Assembly (NCBI GenBank): GCA_047456315.1
Contig: CP179889.1
Coordinates: forward strand, 1 to 54,965
Reading direction: 5' to 3'
Length of the DNA: 54,965 nucleotides
DNA from: Candidatus Nealsonbacteria bacterium
Lineage (GTDB): Bacteria > Patescibacteriota > Minisyncoccia > Minisyncoccales > JANBVM01
Positions 1 to 9,805 of this stretch are shown one piece after another. Each line of letters starts with the position of its first letter. The stretch's first letter is position 1. The translations under genes were made by a program, and so were the position numbers. The notes under the pieces are model-generated. The model saw nothing but the letters and a program-made list of their open reading frames with translations. It searched no databases and was not told the origin of the DNA.

Positions 1-3000
1 TTCATGGCAATAGTGGTAGTAGAATCTAAGGTCATTGAATCTGTGAATTCTGACCAGTCTAAAGAGTCAGCAGCAATGGCTGAAGAAGTGACCTGACCCC
101 AGACAGGTATTCCTCCTGAAACAATTAAGACCTGGCCTGAAGAGCCAATGTTTCTTTGAGCTAAGGTTGCAGATCCTGAAGCATAGATTAAATCTCCTAT
201 TGAATAAGAAGTGAAACCTGTGCCTCCGTAATCAGCTCCAATCTCTGTTCCCTGCCAGATACCAGAAGAAACAGTTCCTAATTGAGAAGAAGTTTGAACT
301 ATTAAATCAGTTGTGGTGGTAATATTGGTGATAATGAGATTAGAAAAAGTGACATTGTCTGAAGTTCTGACATCTTGATCCATTAAATATACTTCAGTAA
401 CTCCTTGTCCAGTATCTATGGTGCCAGAAAGAACAACATTGCCAGTAATGTCAGCTCCACCAGATGTTACATATAAGGTATCGGTGGTGGTGGCTTGGCC
501 TGAAACTTTGATTCCATCAGCTGAAACTCTGAAGATTTCATTGGTTGAAGAATAAATAATTGTTAAATCATCTGAGTTGATTTTGAGATTATCTGTTGTT
601 TCAGCATCTATGGTCTCACCTGAAGCCAAGGTGAGCTTTCCCCCGTCTATCTGAATATCACCTTCCACAACTAAATCAGCTACAGCCCTGCCATCTTCAT
701 TAATAACAGTAACAGTGGTAGCTCCTGATGAAGTGGCATTAATAGTAATATTCCCTGAGTATTCTAAGATAGGAGAAATAGTTTTTGGAGAGGTCAAATT
801 TCCAGCTAAAACCAAGTTTCCTGACTCATCAATATAGTTTGAGGCAGATTGAAAATACAAGTTGCCAGCAGGATTAATAGTTAAAGTGCCTGAACCTTCA
901 ATGGTCTGGTCTCCAATAAACTTTAAATCTCCATCTATCATCACATTGCCAGTGACAGCTAATTGAGCAGATGGAGTGGAAGTAGCAATTCCTACATATC
1001 CTGAAGTTAAAATTCTCACTCTTTCCTGACCAGCTACAGCAAGAATCATCTCATTGGTTGAAGTGGCAGTTAAAGTATCAGCTGATTGGATAGTCAAAGC
1101 GCCCGAGGCAGTGATATTGCCAGTCCCGGAAAGATAGAGAGGAAAATTAAAGTTAAACCTGTCATAGCCAGCATCCCAGGTTAATAAAGCATGAGGAGTA
1201 TCTACTCCTCTGTAAAATCTTAAACTTGAAGTAGCATCAGCTGCTGCATCAGAGTTAATTGTAAATGTTTCAGCTGTTGTTCCAGCTATTGTAGAGCTGG
1301 CTGCATAGATATTGTTAGCATAGACGCTGTATACATATATGTTCTCCCAGTCATAAGCAGCTGAACCTATGTCCTGGGTTCTTGGATTATTTGGCATTAT
1401 ATCTCCTGAAATAGTGATATTTCCTGTGCCAAAGATATTACCAGCAACTGTAAGAGCTTCATTGGGCGTACTGGTGGCAATGCCTACTCTTCCATTGCCT
1501 GAATCAATATATAAGGTAGGGATAGTTGATGTTCCAAAACCAGCTGAACCCCAGACATGGAGGGGATAAGAAGGTGTTGAGGTAGCAATGCCGACATATC
1601 CTGAAGTTAAAATCCTCATCCTTTCTAAGCCTGCTGTAACAAAGAGTATCTCATTGGTTGATGAAGCAGTTAAAGTGTCTCCAGATATGATTTCAGTTGA
1701 ACTGGCGCTTTGAATAGTTAAACTTCCATAATTAGTTGTCTGCCAAATAGAAGAACCAGCGCCAGTTAAATTAAAAGAGTTTGTGGATACTAGAGCAGTG
1801 CTGCCGTTTGAAGAAACTGAGAAGGTTGAATAAGTTGTTGAGCTGTATGCAATAACAAGTTGAGGTTGAGTAGTAGTGGTAATCTGAACAGGTCCTGCAA
1901 AAGTAGAGGTAGTATAACCTTGTACGTCTAAGACGCCTTCAAACACAGCATTTCCTGAACCTAGAATATTGCCTATTATATGAAGTGCTTGAGCTGGCGT
2001 TGAAGTGCCTATGCCTATTCTCTGTGTTCCAGTATCAACGAATAAGGTAGGTGTTGTTGAAGTGCCAATAAATGTATTTCCCCATATTTGTAGTGTGTAT
2101 AAAGGTGATGAAGTAGAAATACCTACATTACCAGATGAATCAATAACAAAAGGTGATGAATCAGTATCCTGGCTTTCAATGACAAATGAATCTCCTGTGC
2201 CTAAATTAGTTATCTTTATTGCTGGCTGGGTTGTTGATGAAGTGGTAGTAGCTATTAATACAGAACCAGTTCCTTGTTGATACAAGGCTAATATTGCATT
2301 AGTAGTTATTCCTGTTATTGTCCCAAGATTCTGAGTTGAGTCAGCTGTTGAAGTAAAGTTGAAGATTTTACCATTTCCTGTTTGAGTTACTGTTAGTATT
2401 GATGAAGAGGATGAGGCGCTAATTGTAAATGTTCCATCAAGTGCCTGATTTCCACTTATAGATAAATCGCCAGTAATAGTAAAATCTCCAACCAAAAGAG
2501 CTGTTCCATCATTGTCAACCGAGAATTTAGAAGCACCGGCTGATTGAACATCTAAAATTTTACCTATAAAATCAGCTGGAGCATTTAAAGTAATTCTTTG
2601 AGCAGTGATTGGGCCATTGGCAGTCAACGAACCATCAATTCTTGTTGCATCAGCTAAGTATATTAAAGGATTAAGTATGCTGGTTGAGTCAATAATAACC
2701 TGTTCACCATGAAGCTGTAGACCTGTAGCTGCTGATATTATAATGTTTCCTTGGCCTATTGTTTGAAGCACTATTTCACCATTTTCCTGATATATCTTAG
2801 GTGATTGAATGGGCTCTGTAATATATATTTGCTGGGTAATAACTCCTCCTGGAGCATATAGTCTATTAACTAATTCAGCTTGTACATATTCTATGTCAGC
2901 TCTTAATTGGATTAATGCTGCTGAATCTATTGTTCTTACTTCTTTTGTTATTTCCTTTATTGGTTGGATTTCTGTTATTATTTGTTTTGATGGTATTCCT

Positions 3001-3998
3001 TCTCTTGTTAGTTTTTCAAAAATTTGTTGGAATGCTTCAATTAATTTTTCAGTTAATCTTTCTTCAGTCTCTATAAAAATTTCTTCTGTTAAAAGTTTTT
3101 CTTTTGAGAATAAAGAAATTCTTTTGCCTTGGCTAATATCAGCAAAAAATTTCCCTACTGCATCAAAAAAACTAAATGCAGAATTTTTAATTGCTTCAAA
3201 TCCTTGTTTTGTATTTTCATTTAAAAAATTATGAAAAGCAAAATAAGCTTTTGTGATTGTTTGAGATATTGATTTAAAGGAATTTCCGAGCCAGGAAAAA
3301 TATGCTCTTAAAATATCACCAACACTTTCTCCAGCTGCTGCAAGACTAAATAAAACATTTCTTAATATTGGATAATCTTCAATTATTGGCAAGACTGAGC
3401 GATTTAAAAACTTACCAATAACTCTATGTGTTTGGGCCAGATGAGGCATTAAAGTGTTTGAAAAAAAACCTTTTCCAGCAAGTGCCCCTGAGATAAGTAA
3501 ACCCGCTATTAAAACTGAAACAACTCCTGTACGGAGCATTCTAGTAATTGATATACTTCGAAAAACCTTAACGCCTGGCTGAAATTCTTCAACAGGTAAA
3601 TTGTCTGGAGGGGGTAAAATTTTTACAACTTCAGTTTTAATAACTTTTTGTTTTACTTTTTTTTGGTGTTTCTTTAAATACCTATCCAACCACTTTTTTT
3701 TAGTCATCCAATTATTAGCCAACTTCACTGCTTTTAATTTTCCCTGTCTTGCTCTTAAACTCAAATAGTCATGGGAGTAATCGCAGTACTCTGCTGCCTG
3801 CTTTAAAGAAATATAGTTGCTTGGTTGTTTCAAATATTCTTTTAACCATTCTTTTTTTATGAGCCAGTTTCTTTTAAACTTCACAGCCATTAACTTACCC
3901 TGTCTTGCTCTTAAACTTAAATACTCCTGTGAATAATCACAATATTTTGTTGCTTCCTGTAATGTTATGTATTCTTTTTTATTTTGTTTTTTATCCAT
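1..3998 (-). CDS. Giant membrane-anchored surface protein, 3'-truncated by the window edge (more than 1332 aa). It has two N-terminal excisionase/MerR-like HTH repeats, one TM helix, a coiled/helical region and Gly/Thr/Ser-rich fibre-like repeats.
   Basis: My own minus-strand translation from the ATG at 3998-3996 reads MDKKQNKKEYITLQEATKYCDYSQEYLSLRARQGKLMAVKFKRNWLIKKEWL... Every stretch I translated by hand is free of stops: 3998-3841, 3599-3241, 1679-1561, 1079-961 and 239-3 (...GADYGGTGFTSYSIGDLIYASG...LDSTTTIAM). The ORF has no stop in the window, which explains its absence from the ORF track. The track also reports no complete minus-strand ORF in 1-4218. A TM helix GVVSVLIAGLLISGALAG lies at about 3474-3530. 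There is a repeated module DTLTA(T/S)STNE..ER(V/M)RILTSGYVGIATSTPS. Confidence 0.8.
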   Translation of the reverse strand, partial: MDKKQNKKEYITLQEATKYCDYSQEYLSLRARQGKLMAVKFKRNWLIKKEWLKEYLKQPSNYISLKQAAEYCDYSHDYLSLRARQGKLKAVKLANNWMTKKKWLDRYLKKHQKKVKQKVIKTEVVKILPPPDNLPVEEFQPGVKVFRSISITRMLRTGVVSVLIAGLLISGALAGKGFFSNTLMPHLAQTHRVIGKFLNRSVLPIIEDYPILRNVLFSLAAAGESVGDILRAYFSWLGNSFKSISQTITKAYFAFHNFLNENTKQGFEAIKNSAFSFFDAVGKFFADISQGKRISLFSKEKLLTEEIFIETEERLTEKLIEAFQQIFEKLTREGIPSKQIITEIQPIKEITKEVRTIDSAALIQLRADIEYVQAELVNRLYAPGGVITQQIYITEPIQSPKIYQENGEIVLQTIGQGNIIISAATGLQLHGEQVIIDSTSILNPLIYLADATRIDGSLTANGPITAQRITLNAPADFIGKILDVQSAGASKFSVDNDGTALLVGDFTITGDLSISGNQALDGTFTISASSSSSILTVTQTGNGKIFNFTSTADSTQNLGTITGITTNAILALYQQGTGSVLIATTTSSTTQPAIKITNLGTGDSFVIESQDTDSSPFVIDSSGNVGISTSSPLYTLQIWGNTFIGTSTTPTLFVDTGTQRIGIGTSTPAQALHIIGNILGSGNAVFEGVLDVQGYTTSTFAGPVQITTTTQPQLVIAYSSTTYSTFSVSSNGSTALVSTNSFNLTGAGSSIWQTTNYGSLTIQSASSTEIISGDTLTASSTNEILFVTAGLERMRILTSGYVGIATSTPSYPLHVWGSAGFGTSTIPTLYIDSGNGRVGIATSTPNEALTVAGNIFGTGNITISGDIMPNNPRTQDIGSAAYDWENIYVYSVYANNIYAASSTIAGTTAETFTINSDAAADATSSLRFYRGVDTPHALLTWDAGYDRFNFNFPLYLSGTGNITASGALTIQSADTLTATSTNEMILAVAGQERVRILTSGYVGIATSTPSAQLAVTGNVMIDGDLKFIGDQTIEGSGTLTINPAGNLYFQSASNYIDESGNLVLAGNLTSPKTISPILEYSGNITINATSSGATTVTVINEDGRAVADLVVEGDIQIDGGKLTLASGETIDAETTDNLKINSDDLTIIYSSTNEIFRVSADGIKVSGQATTTDTLYVTSGGADITGNVVLSGTIDTGQGVTEVYLMDQDVRTSDNVTFSNLIITNITTTTDLIVQTSSQLGTVSSGIWQGTEIGADYGGTGFTSYSIGDLIYASGSATLAQRNIGSSGQVLIVSGGIPVWGQVTSSAIAADSLDWSEFTDSMTLDSTTTIAM

Positions 3999-4122
3999 TG
4001 AAAATCTTGACAAGAAATAAAAATTTGTTAATCTTAAATAAAGAAGGCAACAAAAAAACAGTAAGAGCGTTTTGTTTGAGGCCTTCTTTTTTTTTAAATT
4101 TCAAAAAACTACAACTTATCTT

Positions 4123-4151
4123 ATTATCTTTAAAACAAAAAACACTGTCAA
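4123..4151 (-). promoter_or_regulatory. Sigma70-like promoter for the giant surface-protein gene
   Basis: The minus strand reads TTGACA (4151-4146), a 17-nt spacer, then GATAAT (4128-4123). It lies about 120 nt upstream of the ATG at 3998. Confidence 0.5.
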
Positions 4152-4178
4152 GTGCTTCTTGTGAATAACTTATAAATA

Positions 4179-4217
4179 AATCCGATACTGTTAATCATAT
4201 CGGATTAAATCCGATAC
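4179..4217 (-). terminator. Hairpin cluster downstream of the SEDS gene; candidate intrinsic terminator with two mutually exclusive stems
   Basis: The minus strand reads GGTATCGGATTTAATCCGATATGATTAACAGTATCGGATTTATTTATA. Stem ATCGGAT/ATCCGAT has a 3-nt loop. Stem AATCCGATA/TATCGGATT (9 bp) is followed by T/A-rich sequence. The two stems share the middle ATCCGAT arm. Confidence 0.4.
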
Positions 4218-4218
4218 C

Positions 4219-5334
4219 TTATTTTATTCGACCTGATTGAACATAAATGCTTTGCAAAATACCTAAACCAACAAAAACAGCTAACAGGCCTGAACCACCA
4301 TAACTTACCAGTGGCAATGAAATTCCAATAATAGGAAGAATGCCAAGATTCATGCCAATATGAATAAAACACTGAGAAAGCATTAAAACGCTTAAACCAG
4401 AGGCAAAAAGACGGGAGAAATTAGAATTAGTTCTTATGGCAATTTGAAAAATTCTCCAAATTAGAAGGGAAAAAAGCAAAAGTAGCACCATAATTCCCAT
4501 TAAACCTGTTTCTTCAGCAATAGCAGAGAAAATAAAATCAGTTTGAGGCTCGGGTAAAAACCCATGTTGTGTCTGTGAACCGTTGTTTATTCCTTGACCA
4601 AAAAGCCCGCCAGAACCAATAGCAATCTCTGCTTGTCTCTGGTTCCAACCAATTTTAAGGGGATCCGATAGTTGAGGCTTAATAAAGCTTAATAATCTTT
4701 GTTTCTGGTAGTCTTTTAGAACAGTAGACCAACTTAATGCTAAAATTAAAAAACCACATAAAAGCAAAATAAAGAAATGACGCAGTTTAATACCTGAAAT
4801 CAAAAGAATCCCTATCCATAAACTAATCAATACCAACACTGAACCTAAATCTGGTTGAAAAAAAATCAAAACTGAAGGAAGTAAAACATATAATCCAGAA
4901 ATCAAAATATGAATTACTCTATATATTTCAATGTGGCGCATTGAAAAATATTTCGCTAATAAAATTATTAAAATAATTTTAGTTGGCTCTATGGGATCAA
5001 AAGCAATTGGGCCTATTTTGTACCAACCCTTAACGCCCCTAATCTCTGAAGCAAAGAAAAAGAGCCCTAAAAGCAAAACAATAGATAAAAAATATAAAAC
5101 TAAGATTAAATAAGGGTCTGTTTGGAAAACTCTCCAGTCAAAAAAGCTTATCAATAGCATTAATAAAAATCCCATCAAGATAAAAATGATCTGCTTTTTA
5201 AAATTTAAGAAATCATTTCTACCAAAAGAAGAACTGTAAATGGACACCAATCCAATAATAATTAAAAGAAAAACAATGGTTATCAAACTCCAATCTAATT
5301 TTTTAAAATGAAAAAAGACAGATTTCATGGCCAT
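4219..5334 (-). CDS. SEDS-family peptidoglycan glycosyltransferase (FtsW/RodA/SpoVE)
   Basis: 371-aa polytopic membrane protein with family motifs QRQAEIAIGSGGLFGQG, PEPQTDFIFSAIAEETG and PLVSYGGSG. Confidence 0.9.
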   Translation of the reverse strand: MAMKSVFFHFKKLDWSLITIVFLLIIIGLVSIYSSSFGRNDFLNFKKQIIFILMGFLLMLLISFFDWRVFQTDPYLILVLYFLSIVLLLGLFFFASEIRGVKGWYKIGPIAFDPIEPTKIILIILLAKYFSMRHIEIYRVIHILISGLYVLLPSVLIFFQPDLGSVLVLISLWIGILLISGIKLRHFFILLLCGFLILALSWSTVLKDYQKQRLLSFIKPQLSDPLKIGWNQRQAEIAIGSGGLFGQGINNGSQTQHGFLPEPQTDFIFSAIAEETGLMGIMVLLLLFSLLIWRIFQIAIRTNSNFSRLFASGLSVLMLSQCFIHIGMNLGILPIIGISLPLVSYGGSGLLAVFVGLGILQSIYVQSGRIK

Positions 5335-5416
5335 AAATTGAAAAGCTTAACGACTATTTTACTACTGATTGTTTTTTTTTCGCTTTCTCTGTCCTGGAAC
5401 CCAATACTCTCAACAG

Positions 5417-7510
<2,094 letters not shown>

Positions 7511-7582
7511 CTATTTAATAATTTTGTTTTAAGCAAAAACTTAAATTTTTCACTTTACTCAAATTATTAATACAGGACTTAT

Positions 7583-7930
7583 TTAATATTTAATTTCAAT
7601 TCCCCGTCTTGTCCCTTGGTAAGTACCTGTTGATTTTATACAAAAATTAGCAGCATCGCAATCTGGATCATCGCTGTCTTTAACAACAACTTCATAAGTA
7701 GCTCCATTTAATTGAGTTTCAGGAACATTAGACGGAATTGTCATTAATAAAACTTCCTCAATTCCATTGTCAGCAGCATAAAACGCAGTTACAGAATAAC
7801 CAATTTTTCTTATGGTTTTGATTTGACTAATCAAAATAGTGCTTGTTCCTAAGGCAATTGCCAAAATAACACTTAAAAGCGAAACAGCAAACAAAATTGA
7901 AACTCCTTTTTCTTGTTTTGAATACTTCAT
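7583..7930 (-). CDS. Small membrane-anchored PilX-like protein; last gene of the minor-pilin block
   Basis: 115 aa. The N-terminal hydrophobic segment KGVSILFAVSLLSVILAIALG resembles PilX N-terminal domains. It has no G/FTLIE prepilin motif. The call rests on position directly after three prepilin genes. Confidence 0.5.
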   Translation of the reverse strand: MKYSKQEKGVSILFAVSLLSVILAIALGTSTILISQIKTIRKIGYSVTAFYAADNGIEEVLLMTIPSNVPETQLNGATYEVVVKDSDDPDCDAANFCIKSTGTYQGTRRGIEIKY

Positions 7931-7960
7931 AATAAAGATTTATAATGTTTTACAATGTTT

Positions 7961-8557
7961 TTAGTATCTAACATCTAAATTTCTTTGAGAAATTACGGTT
8001 TGAATTTTTATTTTAGGCGCTTGTGTTTGATTTTTCTTAGTTATCTCAAGAAAAATAACAACTCTTGGCTGATCATTGTCATCCTGATTAAAACCAGATT
8101 CTTTGAATTTAAATGAAATAACCTCTAAATCATCTGATGTTAAAGGAACAGGATCTGAGCCGTTTTTTGATTCTTTTAATCTGTTATCTGTTGTATCCCA
8201 AAAGAACTCCTGGCAAACAGAAGGATGTTGAGAAGTATTGAATTTTATCCCTTTTCCATGAAGCGTAATCTCATAATTAAAACCATAACCTGCGTCTTGT
8301 AAACAGGCGCATGACTCTGGATCATCCCTGAATTCACAATCTAGTTCTTTTCTCGCCATTCTTAAAGCCCTACTCATATATTCAAAGACATGAGAGCTGT
8401 TATCTACTATTTCTCTTGTACTAAGAATCCTGTTTTGATTTTTCAAAGAAAAAATAAAAAGTCCAGTTGGGCCAACAATAACGGTGAAAAAAATTGCAAC
8501 AGATATTAAAACCTCAATCAATGTATATGCTCTTTGTTTTTTAATCTCAATCCTCAT
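7961..8557 (-). CDS. Minor (pseudo)pilin with a prepilin-type N-terminal motif (PilW/GspJ-like by position)
   Basis: The N-terminus KKQRAYTLIEVLISVAIFF has a class III signal with Glu at +5. The residue at -1 is Ala rather than the usual Gly. Confidence 0.7.
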   Translation of the reverse strand: MRIEIKKQRAYTLIEVLISVAIFFTVIVGPTGLFIFSLKNQNRILSTREIVDNSSHVFEYMSRALRMARKELDCEFRDDPESCACLQDAGYGFNYEITLHGKGIKFNTSQHPSVCQEFFWDTTDNRLKESKNGSDPVPLTSDDLEVISFKFKESGFNQDDNDQPRVVIFLEITKKNQTQAPKIKIQTVISQRNLDVRY

Positions 8558-8562
8558 AGTAT

Positions 8563-9165
8563 TTATTGCTTGTGCTTTTCATACCAATTAGTAATATGCT
8601 CTACAACTTCAATCTGATGAGTCCTACCTCTTTCCTTCCATTCAACTACAACTTCTACTTTAATTTTATCGGTATCTATTAGCTCAATGAAAATTCTTCT
8701 TTTAAATTTGGTCTGGTTGTCACCAGAATAGCTGTAAAAACCACTGTTATCAATATTAAGATAGCGAAGGTCATTAAAAGTGCACCCAGCAATAGTAGTT
8801 AAAGGAGGATATGATGAGGGTGTATCTGTCTCATAATCAGCCTCGCAGCAACTATTAGGAGGCAGACAATTATTTAAACCATCATTCCATAAAACTTCAG
8901 AAGATTCTCTTTGTTCAAGCCAATTATTGTCTCTTATATTCCTAATTATCTCAATCCCCTCTTGAGCTAGATAGGCAGCAATTATTCTTGACTGAGCCAT
9001 TGCAGCAGCAAAAAGTGTCTGCTGAATCAAAGCAAAAGATCCTCCAACGCCTACTGTTAAAATAAAAACAGCTACAATTACTTCTAAAAGCGTGAATCCT
9101 TTCTTAAAGAACTTATTTTCTTTCTGATTTCTCTTTAATTTTTTATTTATTTTAATCCACATCAA
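8563..9165 (-). CDS. Minor pilin, PilV/GspI-like
   Basis: KKGFTLLEVIVAVFILTVGVGG prepilin cleavage/methylation motif. 200 aa. Overlaps the upstream gene by 14 nt. Confidence 0.75.
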   Translation of the reverse strand: MMWIKINKKLKRNQKENKFFKKGFTLLEVIVAVFILTVGVGGSFALIQQTLFAAAMAQSRIIAAYLAQEGIEIIRNIRDNNWLEQRESSEVLWNDGLNNCLPPNSCCEADYETDTPSSYPPLTTIAGCTFNDLRYLNIDNSGFYSYSGDNQTKFKRRIFIELIDTDKIKVEVVVEWKERGRTHQIEVVEHITNWYEKHKQ

Positions 9166-9790
9166 TTAAGCCAACATTATTAATAGTAATGGTTTTAGTT
9201 TTCCCAGCAAGAGTTAAGCTAATAATTACCTGATTATCAGCTGGCAAAGGATTAATTGTAATAACAGGAACAGGCGGAAAAAAAACAATATTTATAGGAC
9301 TCGTAGGAATAATGTCTGAAATTATAACTCCTGGTTCTAAAGAAATCTCTCGAATCTGTTCTGGATAAGATTCGCCAGGCGCTGAGCCTGCTTCAAGACA
9401 ACTAGTAGCTGTTCCTGATGGATCATATTCATTATCACCATCACAATCAGCAAAAAGGATATAAGAATTGGTGTTGGTTTTAAAATAAAGCCCGTAGCCA
9501 CCTTTTGGAAAATTCTGGCCAAATTGAACAGGAGTTAATTCTCCGGTCATTGCCATTTCTTGTGTATTTCTTAAGTCCTGAGCAAAACTATGGGCTGACC
9601 TGTAAAGAGAGAATTGCTTTTCACCCACATTATAATTAGTAATAACCATTGGGAAAAGAAGAAGAATAATAGCAACAACAATAAGAACTTCAGCCAATGT
9701 AAACCCAGCACCATTTTTCCTTCTAGAAAGATGGTGCTGGTGGTTATTTCTCAAAAACAATAAAAGCTTCAAAGCTTTGTTCTTCATCAT
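9152..9790 (-). CDS. Minor pilin, FimT/GspH-like
   Basis: GAGFTLAEVLIVVAIILLL prepilin motif. 212 aa. Confidence 0.7.
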   Translation of the reverse strand: MMKNKALKLLLFLRNNHQHHLSRRKNGAGFTLAEVLIVVAIILLLFPMVITNYNVGEKQFSLYRSAHSFAQDLRNTQEMAMTGELTPVQFGQNFPKGGYGLYFKTNTNSYILFADCDGDNEYDPSGTATSCLEAGSAPGESYPEQIREISLEPGVIISDIIPTSPINIVFFPPVPVITINPLPADNQVIISLTLAGKTKTITINNVGLIDVD

Positions 9791-9805
9791 AATTAAACAG
9801 AATTA

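Noticed and set aside
940-1700. Repeated DNA segments of roughly 100 nt (for example around 990-1080 and 1570-1680), considered as a possible CRISPR array or non-coding repeat array.
   Set aside because: The copies are imperfect, are not regularly spaced with unique spacers, and translate in frame into a repeated protein module (..RILTSGYVGIATSTPS..). They are coding repeats.
1369-3234. Four plus-strand ORFs in the track (1369-1569, 2005-2280, 2809-3234, and also 3905-4168).
   Set aside because: They lie antisense to a continuous minus-strand frame that translates into a coherent repeat-rich protein from the ATG at 3998 to the window edge. Their sequences are low-complexity mirror products of that gene.
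1-3998. Prophage tail-fibre gene or prophage remnant.
   Set aside because: The fibre-like repeat motif is shared with phage fibres. However, the window contains no capsid, terminase, integrase or baseplate genes. The protein also has a cellular-style N-terminal TM anchor and its own sigma70-type promoter. I kept it as a cellular surface protein, but the upstream contig should be checked.
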